Shown: positions 30,537-41,447 of the stretch, piece after piece | Numbering within the stretch: position 1 is the first letter of the stretch | How the letters are laid out: every line of letters starts with the position of its first letter | Assembly: GCA_947478395.1 (NCBI GenBank) | Contig: CANJVR010000002.1 | Location: 416,001-480,000, forward strand | Direction of reading: 5' to 3' | Origin: Opitutia bacterium | GTDB taxonomy: Bacteria > Verrucomicrobiota > Verrucomicrobiia > Opitutales > Opitutaceae | Length of the DNA: 64,000 nucleotides | Translations under genes and position numbers: made by a program | The notes under the pieces: generated by a model | Told to the model about the DNA's origin: nothing | The model's input: only the letters and a program-made list of their open reading frames with translations | Database searches by the model: none

Positions 30537-31250
30537 ATGCGATTCCCAGCCGCCCTTATTGCTATCGTTGCCCTGACCTCCTTCGCGCACGCACAAGATC
30601 AAGGCGCGCCGCCGATTCTGGGCCGTGTCGAAGGCCGAAACTATGTTTCGCCCACCGGTGCGTTCAAGGTCGTGATTCCCGTACTCCCCGAATTGGGCGG
30701 CACGATCACCGACACGCCCAACGTCGTCACCTTTCAGGACGACTTTAATATCCACATCAGTATCGCTGCATTTCCGCAGGACGCGACGCAGCGCTGGGAA
30801 ATGACCACGCGCGGCCTCAAGGATTACCTGGTTTATTTCTTCAGCAATTACGTGCTCTCCGATTTCAAGCAGAGCTTCGAGGGGGCCTCGATCGAGAGCG
30901 CGAAATTCGTCCCAAGCGTCATGGACGGGGAACTGATCACGTACATTTTGCTCCCGGGTGGTTCGATGTTCATGGACAAGCTTCCCTTGATTGCCGAAAA
31001 CGCCGCGCCTCCGATCGCCAAGCGGGCCAACGCGCTTTTTGTGAAGAACGGTCACATTTTTGTCATTAGCGTCGAGTTGGCCGAACGGGTGCTTGAGCGC
31101 TCCACCTACAAAAAGACCGTGGCTGAGGAGGATGAAATTTTGCGGCAACGTCTGGTTGAGGCGGTGGCGCGAATCACGTTCCCCAAGCCCGCGCCAATCC
31201 CTCCCCCGTCGGCTCCGGCGATCCCGCCCTCGTTGATGCGGGCGAAGTGA
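30537..31250 (+). CDS. Hypothetical secreted protein
   Basis: Signal peptide MRFPAALIAIVALTSFAHA; coding-like composition; no family recognised. Confidence 0.7.
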   Translation: MRFPAALIAIVALTSFAHAQDQGAPPILGRVEGRNYVSPTGAFKVVIPVLPELGGTITDTPNVVTFQDDFNIHISIAAFPQDATQRWEMTTRGLKDYLVYFFSNYVLSDFKQSFEGASIESAKFVPSVMDGELITYILLPGGSMFMDKLPLIAENAAPPIAKRANALFVKNGHIFVISVELAERVLERSTYKKTVAEEDEILRQRLVEAVARITFPKPAPIPPPSAPAIPPSLMRAK

Positions 31251-31303
31251 GCGCGCGACGCTCCGACGTGGCGGCAGGCGGAATGAATGTTAGCTGATCG
31301 CTC

Positions 31304-31552
31304 ATGACCCTCTCGGGCTTTGTCAGCTTTGTTCTGGTTGGCACGCTCGCCGGCTGGCTGAGCGGAGTGTTCACCAAGGGCCGGGGCTTCGGTCTCGCAG
31401 GCAATATCATCATCGGCATCAGCGGCGCATTTCTTGGCGGCTTCTGTAGCGGGCGGTTGGGAATTTCCGCGCATGGATCCCTAGGCCAGCTGATTTTCGC
31501 GGTCCTCGGATCGCTCGTCGTAGTCTGGCTGTTGCAATTCATCAAACGATGA
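31304..31552 (+). CDS. GlsB/YeaQ/YmgE-type small membrane protein
   Basis: G.LAGWL, GNIIIG..GAFLGG, AVLGS pattern. Confidence 0.85.
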   Translation: MTLSGFVSFVLVGTLAGWLSGVFTKGRGFGLAGNIIIGISGAFLGGFCSGRLGISAHGSLGQLIFAVLGSLVVVWLLQFIKR

Positions 31553-32061
31553 CGCCGGCGGGTTTCCAGTTGCGCGATGCCACGACGGCCGACCTCCCCG
31601 CGATCGTCGAGATCTACAATGCAACCATTCCAGGTCGGATGGCCACGGCCGACACCGAGCCGATCACCGTGGCGAGCCGCCTGGCGTGGTTCGAAGCGCA
31701 CAATCCCGCGACCCGTCCTCTTTGGGTACTGGTGGATGATGGTTCGAACACCGTCGCCGCATGGCTGAGTTTCAATTCATTCTACGGCCGCCCGGCGTAT
31801 AATCCGACCGCGGAACTCAGTTTGTATGTGGCGGAGTCATACCGTCGACGCGGATTAGGTCGGTGGCTGTTGCAGCAGGCGATCGGCCGGGCCCCAGGAT
31901 GTGAGCTCAGTAATTTGCTCGGCTTCATCTGGGCGCACAACGGTGCCAGTCTGCGCCTCTTCGAGGAATTCGGATTCGAGCGCTGGGGGCATTTGCCGCG
32001 CGTTGCGATCCTCGACGGGATCGAACGCGACTTAATCATCGTCGGCCGCCGCGTGGGCTGA
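31549..32061 (+). CDS. GNAT acetyltransferase (phosphinothricin-acetyltransferase-like)
   Basis: DLPAIVEIYN, RPAY..TAE.S.YV, RRRGLG, N.AS..LF...GF. Confidence 0.88.
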   Translation: MTPAGFQLRDATTADLPAIVEIYNATIPGRMATADTEPITVASRLAWFEAHNPATRPLWVLVDDGSNTVAAWLSFNSFYGRPAYNPTAELSLYVAESYRRRGLGRWLLQQAIGRAPGCELSNLLGFIWAHNGASLRLFEEFGFERWGHLPRVAILDGIERDLIIVGRRVG

Positions 32062-32182
32062 GCTTTCTGCACGGGGCAGCCAGTTGCCTTCCCTTTATCA
32101 GGCCTGGCGCAGATCTGAAAAAATTCCACCCGATCGCAGCGGCGGCGGGTGCGCTGTGGCCTGGAGCGGAAACAGCTCTGAC

Positions 32183-34207
32183 TTACGGCGCCGCGAACTT
32201 TAGTGCGCCGACAAAGAGTAGCACGATCAAGCCCGAGATAACACAGCAGACCAAGAAGCCGATCGTATCGACCCGATCCCATTTACAGAATTCCCACGAT
32301 GAATTGGGGACCAGTTTCGTATGGTCGAAACGGCCGGGATTCCGACGGGTCTCCGCCATCGCTTCGACCTCCAGTTCTGGTGTCGCGCCCACGGGTGTTT
32401 TCATTTTCCCGTAAAACTGAGCGGTGATTTCGGGGGCGGTCCGCGGAGTGAGCAGGCTCACCACAAACAAAACGAGGAAGGGGAACAAGGCGTCGAAGAA
32501 AAATTGCAGAGTAAGCCGCTGGTTAGGCGAAAGCTTCACCACGTCGACGCCGGCGTGTCCCAGAATCCAACACTCCGCATTGAAACGGCCGCTCCCCACC
32601 AAGGGGCTGGACAAATTATTTTCCTGCGCGTGCACCACTTTCGCGAAATAGACTCCGGCCGGTTTGCCGTTGGGCGCCACGCTGACCTGCGCCAGGTTTT
32701 GGTCGTTGCTCAGCGCGGTAAATTTGGCGGCCGTCCACGGTACCACAATGATGATCAGGGTGGAGAGAACGACGCAGCACCACACCGCCGGCGCCGTCAG
32801 ACGGCGCCAGAAAAAGCTCATCAGCACGCAGGCGCCAAACGGCACGTTGACCGTGAGCACGATGTTAACGATCGAGAGGAAATCACCCATCATCCAAGCG
32901 GAGAGCGCACCCAGCGCCAACACGGCGACGATCGTGCAGCGGGCGAAAAACACGCCTTGGAGTTGCGTGATGTCGGGCCAGATCTGGCGGTAGACGTTGC
33001 GTACGAAAAGCGACGAGATCGCGAGCGCCTTGGCCGCCAGCGTCGACATTGTGCCCGCCAATACTCCGGCGAGCATGAGACCGATCAGGCCGGTGCCCAG
33101 GAGGCGGTTCGACATCGAACCCCAAACCGCATCGGGGTCAGAAAGGCCGCCGACGCCGAAAAGCGCGACGGCGATCAAGCCCGCGAACGCCCACAGAATA
33201 ATCATGAAGCGCTTGAGATAATTGCCCGAAACGCCGCTCCGCGCGGCAAACTCGTTCTTGGCCGAGCCACAGATGCCCATGTTGTGGCTCAAGCCCGCAT
33301 TCTGGACGATCGCTACAATTAGGAACGCTCCGATGCTCCAAACGGTAAACTGATCCGCTACACCCCCGCCAAAAAGGTCGAAGAAATGGCCCGGCACTTT
33401 CTGTCCCAGCGCGTGCCAGCCACCAATCGCATGAATCCCGGTCGGAATTAACAGCGCGGAAAAAACGATAATCAAAATGCTCTGCAGGCCTTCGTTCACC
33501 GCCGCTGCCGCCATCCCGCCCATTACGATGTAAGTACCCACCACAAGCGCGAAAACCAAATAGAAGGCGACGTCGTTGAGCACCGTGATGTAGCTATGCA
33601 GCTCGCCCCGAACGTTCCGTTCGCGCAAGGTGTCGAGCTGCAGTTTTTCGGCCACCGGCAGCGTGCCGGCCACAAACAGCTTCTCGAGCCTCTTCAAATC
33701 GTTGTAACCCTCAACCGAGGCGCGGTCGCTCACCGTCCATTGAGTCTCTTGCTTAACCACCAGCGAAGCCGCGATTTTGTAGGCCGTGACGTTCGCAAAA
33801 CCGAGAAAAACACACGCCACCAAAATTTGGAACAGCGCGTAAAACATGCTCAGTTTCCGGCTCTTAAAACGGTCTTCGAAAAGATCGGACAGTGTCGTCA
33901 GGCGCACCCGCCGAAACCACACGTTCATGAACCAGAAATACGGATTCATGAAAACCGTCTGAAACGAAAGCCACGAACCTGGAGCGCCTTGTTGGAAGAC
34001 AAAGCTGGCGGTGCTGACGGCGCCCGAGGGTTCGGTGGCGTTGCCGAAGTTCAGGAAAAATTGGTAAAGCTTGCCGAGCTTTCGTCCCGCGAGGAAAAAA
34101 CCCTCCTCGTTGTTTGTGCCGCTGGCGGCCCGTTTGCCGATGTAGATCACCGCCACCAAGTAGGCGGCGATGATGACGAAATCGAGGACGTGAAGGCTAC
34201 CGAGCAT
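32183..34207 (-). CDS. Sodium:solute symporter family transporter
   Basis: FFLAGRKLG, F.DRF.S, GG..A, many TM segments. Confidence 0.85.
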   Translation of the reverse strand: MLGSLHVLDFVIIAAYLVAVIYIGKRAASGTNNEEGFFLAGRKLGKLYQFFLNFGNATEPSGAVSTASFVFQQGAPGSWLSFQTVFMNPYFWFMNVWFRRVRLTTLSDLFEDRFKSRKLSMFYALFQILVACVFLGFANVTAYKIAASLVVKQETQWTVSDRASVEGYNDLKRLEKLFVAGTLPVAEKLQLDTLRERNVRGELHSYITVLNDVAFYLVFALVVGTYIVMGGMAAAAVNEGLQSILIIVFSALLIPTGIHAIGGWHALGQKVPGHFFDLFGGGVADQFTVWSIGAFLIVAIVQNAGLSHNMGICGSAKNEFAARSGVSGNYLKRFMIILWAFAGLIAVALFGVGGLSDPDAVWGSMSNRLLGTGLIGLMLAGVLAGTMSTLAAKALAISSLFVRNVYRQIWPDITQLQGVFFARCTIVAVLALGALSAWMMGDFLSIVNIVLTVNVPFGACVLMSFFWRRLTAPAVWCCVVLSTLIIIVVPWTAAKFTALSNDQNLAQVSVAPNGKPAGVYFAKVVHAQENNLSSPLVGSGRFNAECWILGHAGVDVVKLSPNQRLTLQFFFDALFPFLVLFVVSLLTPRTAPEITAQFYGKMKTPVGATPELEVEAMAETRRNPGRFDHTKLVPNSSWEFCKWDRVDTIGFLVCCVISGLIVLLFVGALKFAAP

Positions 34208-34423
34208 GGGTAAATGGGGTTGGAATGGGCTAATCCGTCGGAGGTGAATGCGTAATCCACTCGCAAGGTGGAAAGCGCGCAGCGTCAAAATGCGCTGTCA
34301 GTAAGAATAGGCTAGATTTTTTTGAGCATTTTGCCCCGAAAATACGGGGTCCACATTCAGCGCACCCGACCAGATCAAGCCCGCTCGGGGAAAATTTATA
34401 GACTTTGCGCGCCGTCTAAAAAA

Positions 34424-34522
34424 ATAGGGCGCGTTAGCTTTAGCCCGTTGCTGCGAATCCGTTGCTGCGACTCGCGCGGGCGAGCGCCGCTGAACCGGCG
34501 GAATAATAAATATCCGCCCTAT
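34424..34522. repeat. REP-like doublet, family A (degenerate); supplies the trpF stop codon
   Basis: TAGGGCGCGTTA ... GCTGCGACTCG ... GAACCGGCGGA...TCCGCCCTA, with an internal CCGTTGCTGCGA duplication. Confidence 0.6.
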
Positions 34523-35178
34523 CTCGCCGCCGTCACGCTTTCATGGATCGCAACGACGAAGCGTTTTAGCTTCGCCTCATCCTTGATGCCCGGCGCGGAT
34601 TCAACGCCGCTGTTCACATCGACGAAGCGCGCGCCGCTGGCGCGTAGCGCTGGCCCTATATTATCCGGGTTCAAGCCTCCCGCCAGAATCCAGAACTTTT
34701 CCGGATGCGCCGCTTGGTGACGCGCAAACTTCGCCCAATCGCCCGTCTGGCCCGAGCCGCCGAAGCCGCTGACATGAAATGTATCGAGCAGAAAAAATTT
34801 CGCCAGCGGCAGTAAATTCGCCGGCACATCTTCGCCCGGCGGCAGCTTCGGCGCGAGCCAGAGGTGCTTCGGGCCCGCGATCGCAGACCAACTCGCAACG
34901 GTGGATTCCGGCGTGTCGCTCGAAAAATGAATCTGAAAATAATCGAAACCCGCCGCGACCACCTGCGTGAGTTCGTCAACGGTGGGAGCGACCATGACTG
35001 CGACGCGTTTACGGTCGGGCAGCAGCGGAGCCATCGCGACGTAATGCTCCAGCGCAATGTAGCGCGGCGACTTCGGATAGAGATTAAAGGCGAGGTAGTC
35101 CGCGCCGCAACGATCGGCAAACTCCGCGTCCACCAGGGACGTGAGCCCACAAACTTTGAAGCGAATGCCATCGATCAT
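34519..35178 (-). CDS. trpF: Phosphoribosylanthranilate isomerase
   Basis: KVCGLT, SPRY, QIH, LLDT, GGSGQT.DW, LAGGL.PDN, DVNSGVE. Confidence 0.95.
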   Translation of the reverse strand: MIDGIRFKVCGLTSLVDAEFADRCGADYLAFNLYPKSPRYIALEHYVAMAPLLPDRKRVAVMVAPTVDELTQVVAAGFDYFQIHFSSDTPESTVASWSAIAGPKHLWLAPKLPPGEDVPANLLPLAKFFLLDTFHVSGFGGSGQTGDWAKFARHQAAHPEKFWILAGGLNPDNIGPALRASGARFVDVNSGVESAPGIKDEAKLKRFVVAIHESVTAAR

Positions 35179-35384
35179 GAGAGCGAAAAGAAGCCAAAGC
35201 CGCGGGAGATGCCAGCCATCGTTTCAGATGGACGTGACTCGACGGATTTGGATCGCATGGCAATTAAGTGCGCGAGGACAGCCCCGCTCCGCGTGCACCA
35301 GCGTGAGGCGGCCCAGCGGACCCGCGGCTCTGTCCAGAAACCCACCCGTTGACCATGGCTCGCGCCTCGCCCACGCCGGCTGAC

Positions 35385-37403
35385 ATGATTACCCCGCTGT
35401 TTAAATGGCTCACCCTGCCGCTCGGGTTCGCCTTGGCATTGTCATCGTCGGCGCTGGCCCAGTTTGCGTCTCCGCACGAAAAGAAACTCGGCAAATCCGC
35501 CCCGCCGACCCACGTCGCACGTCTGATGGAAAACCTTGATCGCGGCGTCGTCGCCGTAAACAAAGGCGGCGGAAAAATTTTCGTTTCGTGGCGTCTACTC
35601 GGTACCGAGGCGCCCGATATTGCGTTCAATATCTACCGCACCACCGGCTCCGCCGCAGCGGTCAAACTCAACGCCGCGCCCCTCACTCAAGGCACGAACT
35701 TCGAGGACTCGGGCGTGGATTCGACCCAGACCGTGGCCTATACGGTGCGGGCTGTAACGGCTGGGCGCGAAGAAGCGGCCAGCCGGCCTTTCACCTTTGC
35801 GGCCAACGCGCCCGCGCGGCCCTACCTTTCGATACCGCTGCATAAAATCGAGGGCTACGTTCCCACGGATATCTCGCCCGCCGATCTCGACGGCGACGGC
35901 GAATACGAACTCATCGTCCATCAGGCCTCGCGCGGCCGCGACAATTCCCAGCCAGGCTTCACTGGCTCTCCGATCCTTCAGGCATACAAACTCGACGGCC
36001 GGATGTTGTGGCAGATCGATCTCGGCAAAAATATTCGCGAGGGCTCTCACTACACCCAGTTTATGGTGTACGATCTCGACGGCGACGGTCGCGCGGAATT
36101 GGTGTGCAAGACCGGCGACGGCACGACCGACGCGCTCGGCAAAGTCATCGGCGATCCACAGGCCGATTGGCGCAGTTCCCAGGGCAGCTTCGTGCCGGTA
36201 CGGCCGGGCGAACCTTCCAAGGGCCATGTGATGCGCGATGGGATTCTCTCGCACGAGACGAGCGGCAACGTACTCAAGGGGCCCGAGTACCTCACCGTTT
36301 TCGATGGGCTCACGGGCGCGGCAATCGACACGGTTAACTATGAACCGCAGCGCCACCCAACGGCCGGGCCGTTCCCCACCCCCGAGCAATTGAACGACGT
36401 CTGGGGCGACGCCTACGGCAATCGCATGGACCGGCTCCTCGCGTGCGTCGCGTACTTCGATGGCGAACATCCCAGCGTGATGTTCAGCCGCGGTTACTAC
36501 ACGCGCACCGTACTCGCCGCGTGGGATTTCAAGGACAAGAAACTCGTGAAGCGCTGGATTTTCGACACCGCCAACGGTGCGCGCGGTTTCATGTACTACG
36601 AGCATCAGGGCAACCACAGCCTCACCGCCACAGATGTGGATGGCGATGGCCGCGACGAAATCGTTTTCGGTTCCGCGGTGATCGACGACGACGGCATGGG
36701 CCTGTACTCCACCCAACTGAACCACGGCGACGCGCAGCACGTCTCCGATCTCGATCCGACGCGCCCGGGCATGGAGATTCTCTCCGTCCACGAATTCAAC
36801 CAGCACTTTTACGGTCTGGAAATGCGCGACGCTGCGACCGGCGAAATCCTCTGGGGAAAACGTTCCTACGATCCGGCTCGCTGTCTCGCGATCGACATCG
36901 ATCCGCGTTATCCCGGTGCGGAATGCTGGGGCGTGGGCGAAAACCTCAACGGCCTCTACAGCGCACAGGGCAAGGAAATCGCCCAGTCCAAGCCGCGCTC
37001 CTGCAGCTTCGGCATCTTGTGGGACGGCGATCTCCTCTCCGAAATCCTCAACGGCAATCAGATCGAAAAATGGAATTGGGAGAAAGCCGTGGAATCGACG
37101 ATCTTCACGATGGAGGGCGCATCGAACTCGACGGCGCTCAATGGCGGTCTGACCGCGGACATCCTCGGCGACTGGCGTGAGGAACAGGTGGTGCGCACCG
37201 CCGACAGCTCCGAGCTCCGGATCTATACGACAACCATCCCAACTACGCACCGCCTCTACACGCTGATGCACGATCCACAATATCGCCTCTCGGTTGCGCT
37301 CCAGAATGTCGCCTACAACCAGCCGCCGCACACCAGCTACTTTCTGGGGGACGGCATGGCAGCCATAAAACAGCCGAACATAAAAGTCGTTCCGCGGCGG
37401 TGA
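35385..37403 (+). CDS. Rhamnogalacturonan lyase (PL11, YesW-like)
   Basis: MENLDRG, FVSWRL, DLDGDG repeats, RGYYTR, HGDA.H, ADILGDWREE, QNVAYNQPPH. Confidence 0.92.
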   Translation: MITPLFKWLTLPLGFALALSSSALAQFASPHEKKLGKSAPPTHVARLMENLDRGVVAVNKGGGKIFVSWRLLGTEAPDIAFNIYRTTGSAAAVKLNAAPLTQGTNFEDSGVDSTQTVAYTVRAVTAGREEAASRPFTFAANAPARPYLSIPLHKIEGYVPTDISPADLDGDGEYELIVHQASRGRDNSQPGFTGSPILQAYKLDGRMLWQIDLGKNIREGSHYTQFMVYDLDGDGRAELVCKTGDGTTDALGKVIGDPQADWRSSQGSFVPVRPGEPSKGHVMRDGILSHETSGNVLKGPEYLTVFDGLTGAAIDTVNYEPQRHPTAGPFPTPEQLNDVWGDAYGNRMDRLLACVAYFDGEHPSVMFSRGYYTRTVLAAWDFKDKKLVKRWIFDTANGARGFMYYEHQGNHSLTATDVDGDGRDEIVFGSAVIDDDGMGLYSTQLNHGDAQHVSDLDPTRPGMEILSVHEFNQHFYGLEMRDAATGEILWGKRSYDPARCLAIDIDPRYPGAECWGVGENLNGLYSAQGKEIAQSKPRSCSFGILWDGDLLSEILNGNQIEKWNWEKAVESTIFTMEGASNSTALNGGLTADILGDWREEQVVRTADSSELRIYTTTIPTTHRLYTLMHDPQYRLSVALQNVAYNQPPHTSYFLGDGMAAIKQPNIKVVPRR

Positions 37404-37518
37404 CTAGGCGTATAGACCGCGTCGAATTCCCGATTAGCGGAGCGCGTGAGCGATTCGGAGGCGACGCTCGAAATTCGCACCGCTTCCGCAACCCCGCCAG
37501 GGCTCCCACGTCATCGGT

Positions 37519-38763
37519 TTATTCCACCCGCACGATATACCCGCGGAGATATTCACTCTCGGGCATCGTCACGAGGACGGGATGATCGGGCGGCTGGTGG
37601 CAAAATTCGAGCACTTGGACGCGACGCTTGGCATCGGCCGCGGCTGCCGCCAGCACGCCGCGCAATTCGGCGTCCTGCATGTGGTGCGAACAGGTGTAAG
37701 TCGCCAAAAATCCGCCGGGAGCCAGTGCTTTCAGCGCGCGGAGATTCAACTCCTTATAGCCGCGCAGCGCCCCTTCGAGCGCGCTCTTCGATTTCGCGAA
37801 CGGCGGCGGATCGAGCACAATTACGTCCCACGGCGCATCGGTCGCGCGGGCTTCGTCGTTGAACCAGTCAAATACGTTCACCTCCAAAAACTCGGCTTTC
37901 ACTTGGTTGCGTTCCGCGTTGCTCCGAGCGGCTTCCACCGCTTCGCCGGAACTATCCAGGCCCAAGACATGGGTCGCACCGGCCCGCGCGGCGTGCAGCG
38001 CAAAGGGCCCTTGATTGCAAAACGCGTCGAGCACGCGTTTGCCTTCGCAGTATTTCGCGACGAGCCCGTGCTGCACGCGCTGGTCGAGATAAAAGCCCGT
38101 CTTTTGGCCGCCGGCCAGATCGAGCCAATATTCGAAACCGTCGATGGAAACCCAGCGCGGCGCCCACGGCAGGCCCGAACGCGTGTGCACTCCGAGAGCG
38201 AGGCCTTCGAGGCGGCGGATGTTGGCATCGTTGCGAAAAATAATTTCGGCCGGCGCCAGCAACTCGACCAGCAAATCGCTGATGACGGTGCTCATTCCTT
38301 CCATCGCGAGAGTCTGAATCTGGACCACGAGCGCGTCACCAAACTGATCAACCACGAGGCCGGGTAACTCGTCCGACTCCGACCACACGAGCCGCCCGCT
38401 ATGCATTTGCGATGCGACGATGCCGGTGGCGGGCGGGGTCGGTTCGATGAGTGGGTCGGAAGGCAGCGCGTTTTTTGGCGCGCCGCGCCGGCGTTCGATC
38501 GCGCGGACCAGCGCGGCGCGCAGCCACGCGGCATCGAGCGTGATGCGATTGCGGCTGAGCCGCCGCCAAACGATTTGCGAGCGGCCATTGTAGATGCCCG
38601 TGCCGATGAAACGGCCGGTACGATCCCGGCACTCGACCACCGCGCCATCGTGCTCCGGCGCGAGCAATGACTCCACTTCGTTGACGAAGACCCACGGATG
38701 CCCGCTGAGCACGCGGGGCTTGGCATTGGCTTTGAGTTTGAGAAACGGCACGGACGCAGTCAT
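37519..38763 (-). CDS. RlmI-like rRNA methyltransferase
   Basis: GHPWVF PUA domain, SESD.LPGLVVD, GQKTGFYLDQR, LDPPPF. Confidence 0.88.
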   Translation of the reverse strand: MTASVPFLKLKANAKPRVLSGHPWVFVNEVESLLAPEHDGAVVECRDRTGRFIGTGIYNGRSQIVWRRLSRNRITLDAAWLRAALVRAIERRRGAPKNALPSDPLIEPTPPATGIVASQMHSGRLVWSESDELPGLVVDQFGDALVVQIQTLAMEGMSTVISDLLVELLAPAEIIFRNDANIRRLEGLALGVHTRSGLPWAPRWVSIDGFEYWLDLAGGQKTGFYLDQRVQHGLVAKYCEGKRVLDAFCNQGPFALHAARAGATHVLGLDSSGEAVEAARSNAERNQVKAEFLEVNVFDWFNDEARATDAPWDVIVLDPPPFAKSKSALEGALRGYKELNLRALKALAPGGFLATYTCSHHMQDAELRGVLAAAAADAKRRVQVLEFCHQPPDHPVLVTMPESEYLRGYIVRVE

Positions 38764-38843
38764 CGGCCGAAGATTGGCGGTGTCGCCGTGCTGGCGACGT
38801 CAAAATTTTTCCTGAACGCGCAAGTCCGGCCAGCGCACCGATC

Positions 38844-38923
38844 ATGTGGGCGGGGTGCCGTCGCCCCGCAAAATGTCTTTCGGCCAGTGACGCCCAAGCG
38901 GAGTGAGGGCAATCCGCCGACGT
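38844..38923. repeat. REP-like doublet, family B
   Basis: ATGTGGGCGGGGTGCCGTCGCCCCGC ... GCGGAGTGAGGGCAATCCGCCGACGT. Confidence 0.65.
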
Positions 38924-38974
38924 CAAAGCACCCGCCCCGGGGCTCAGAACAGCGGCCAAAAATTAGTCGCCGTC

Positions 38975-39523
38975 CTAGAGCGCCGGCGCCGCCACGGGCA
39001 CTTCCGCGACCACGGGTGCTTTGGGTTTCGGCTCGCCGACCAAAACGCTCAGCTGGGACTGCACTTGTACGAAAAATTCCGGGGTCAGCTCGCCGGCGGG
39101 TACTTCGAAGAGCTCCTTCGACTTCGCGTGCTCAACGACGTTGCGCAGGCCATCGGCCGATTTCCCCTTCGGTCGCAGAATTTTTTTCCGCTCCAGCATC
39201 AGCGCCAGGAATTGCACGAGGCGCGTGTTCTCCGGTGTCGGTTCGGTTGTAGGATCGGCCAGGGTGAGGAAAAGATTCTCCGCGTTGAGCTTCAAGGCCC
39301 GGTCGCTGTTCGCCTCCTTGGCGCGAAATTTGTAGGGGCGCACCCACGAGCACGCGATGAAGCCCGCCGGGGTAAACTCCGCCGCGTGCGCCGCGAGCAC
39401 ATCGCAGCGCACAATCTCCAGCGAGGCCGAGCGCACCAGGAAACTGGCGACGGGCACACCTTCGATGAACGGCTGGCCCGTAACGAAGCACGCGGGCGCG
39501 AGTGACTGCAGATTCATTTCCAT
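38975..39523 (-). CDS. Hypothetical protein
   Basis: Fills the gap between the rlmI-like gene and the phosphoesterase; contains LALMLERKKIL; no function recognised. Confidence 0.7.
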   Translation of the reverse strand: MEMNLQSLAPACFVTGQPFIEGVPVASFLVRSASLEIVRCDVLAAHAAEFTPAGFIACSWVRPYKFRAKEANSDRALKLNAENLFLTLADPTTEPTPENTRLVQFLALMLERKKILRPKGKSADGLRNVVEHAKSKELFEVPAGELTPEFFVQVQSQLSVLVGEPKPKAPVVAEVPVAAPAL

Positions 39524-39575
39524 CGGCTTTCTTGTTTACTCCCGCGACTCGCGGACGCTAGCACTTTCCCACCGC

Positions 39576-40235
39576 ATGAACGGACGCCTTATCGCCATCG
39601 GCGACATCCACGGCTGCCACGAAGAATTCGCCGAGCTCCTCTCCCTGCTCGAACTTAAGAGCGACGACCGGCTCGTCCTGCTCGGGGATCTCGTCAACCG
39701 CGGACCCGATACGTGCCGGGTGATCGACCTCGCCCGCGAACACATGGCGATCTCGTTGCTCGGTAACCACGAGCTGCGGCTTTTGAAATATCGCCGCACG
39801 CGTGACCTGAAGTATGCGAAAGAGCACGACCTCGAAACCTACGACAAGCTGCGCCCCGAAGACTGGGCTTACCTCGAAGCGATGCCGCTCACCTACGAGG
39901 AGCCCGCGCTGAATTTGGTTTGTGTCCACGGTGGTTTTCTTCCGGGCCAACCTTGGCTGCGTCAGCCCGCCGAGGTGATCACGCGCATTCAAGTCGTCGA
40001 TCGCAACGGCGAGGCCCGCAAACGAACCGAGGCCCCCGAAGCGCCCGCGTGGGCCGATTTGTGGAGCGGACCGCCCTTCGTCATCTACGGCCACACCCCG
40101 CGGGCGGAAGTCTACAAACTCAAGTGGTCCGTGGGCATCGACACCGCGTGCGTGATGGGCGGCCAGCTCACCGCCTACATCCTCCCCGAGAAACGATTGG
40201 TGCAGGTGAAGGCCCGCCAGCGCTATTTTGGTTAA
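39576..40235 (+). CDS. Calcineurin-like metallophosphoesterase (ApaH/PrpE-like)
   Basis: GDIHG, GDLVNRG, GNHE, HGG, GHTP, IDT. Confidence 0.9.
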   Translation: MNGRLIAIGDIHGCHEEFAELLSLLELKSDDRLVLLGDLVNRGPDTCRVIDLAREHMAISLLGNHELRLLKYRRTRDLKYAKEHDLETYDKLRPEDWAYLEAMPLTYEEPALNLVCVHGGFLPGQPWLRQPAEVITRIQVVDRNGEARKRTEAPEAPAWADLWSGPPFVIYGHTPRAEVYKLKWSVGIDTACVMGGQLTAYILPEKRLVQVKARQRYFG

Positions 40236-40317
40236 CAGGCTTGCTCGCTCTCGCGCTTTTCTCGCCATGACAAATAAAAGACGCGCCGTCCGCCGCCGGG
40301 CCTGACTCACTTCCCCC

Positions 40318-41313
40318 ATGTCTTCCGAACCGACTCCCCTCTCTTCCGTGCGCGAGCTCAAGAGCCTCGATGCGGGCTCCGCCCGCACGTTTGCCGCGAT
40401 GCTCGTCGTCAAAAAGCTCACGACGAAGACGGCGTCCAACGGCAACGCCTTCCTCAGCGCCGACCTCGGCGATCGCACCGGCTCCTTCGGCTGCACGGTC
40501 TTCGGCGACAATCCTGGCTTCGAGGCGCTGAAGTCCGCGGGCGAAGGCGCCGTCGTGCGCGTCGAAGGCAAAATCGAATACTATCAGGGCCGGCTCTCGC
40601 CGAAACTCTCCCGTCTCGCCGTCGTGCCGGAATCCGAGCTCACCGCGCCCGAGGTGCTGGAAAACCTGGTCGAGGTCGCACCCGAAAACGGCGGCGCGCT
40701 GTGGACGGAATTCCAAGGCTTCATCGCCAGCATCGCCCAGCCCGAACTGCGCGCGACGGTGCAGGCCGTCTTCGAAGAAATCGGCGACGCGTTTAGTTGG
40801 TCGCCCGCGGCAGTGTCGATGCACCACGCCTACCGTCACGGCCTCCTCGAGCACACCGTGCATATGGCGCGGGCCTGCCGGGCGCTGCTGCCGCTGTATC
40901 TCGAAGTCGACGCCGACCTCGCGATGGCCGGCATCCTTTTGCACGACACCGGAAAAACCATCGAATACGAAGGCACCCTCGCGACAAAGCGCAGCCGCCG
41001 TGGAATTTTGCAGGGACACGTGGTCCTCGGTTACCAACTCGTGCGCAAAGCCGGGCTGAAAGCCAAACTCGACGCCGAGCGCCTCGAACGGCTCGAACAC
41101 ATCGTCCTCAGTCACCAAGGCGAACCGGAATGGGGCGCCGCCGTTTACGCCGCCACACCCGAGGCGGTCTTTGTTTCGATGATCGACAACCTCGACGCGA
41201 AAATGGGCATGGTGCAACGCGCCCTGCGTCAGGCCAACGAGACGGACGAATTTTCCGAGCGGCTGCTTGGCCTCAGCTCGCCGTTGCTGACGCGTAAAAT
41301 CCCGCCGGCCTAG
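40318..41313 (+). CDS. YhaM-like OB-fold/HD 3'-5' exoribonuclease
   Basis: D.TG OB fold, PAA..MHHAY..GLLEH, LHD.GK, ILQGH, SHQGE.EWG, DNLDAK. Confidence 0.88.
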   Translation: MSSEPTPLSSVRELKSLDAGSARTFAAMLVVKKLTTKTASNGNAFLSADLGDRTGSFGCTVFGDNPGFEALKSAGEGAVVRVEGKIEYYQGRLSPKLSRLAVVPESELTAPEVLENLVEVAPENGGALWTEFQGFIASIAQPELRATVQAVFEEIGDAFSWSPAAVSMHHAYRHGLLEHTVHMARACRALLPLYLEVDADLAMAGILLHDTGKTIEYEGTLATKRSRRGILQGHVVLGYQLVRKAGLKAKLDAERLERLEHIVLSHQGEPEWGAAVYAATPEAVFVSMIDNLDAKMGMVQRALRQANETDEFSERLLGLSSPLLTRKIPPA

Positions 41314-41447
41314 CCGCCATCGTGCGAGCGTTTCCGCAACCTTCGCCCGAGGCGCTCGTCTGACGTGTTCAACCCCACTCTTCTAGTGAGCCCTTCGCCG
41401 TCCCCGCTCGATTCCGCCGCACTCGGAACCACGACTTCACTCCGACC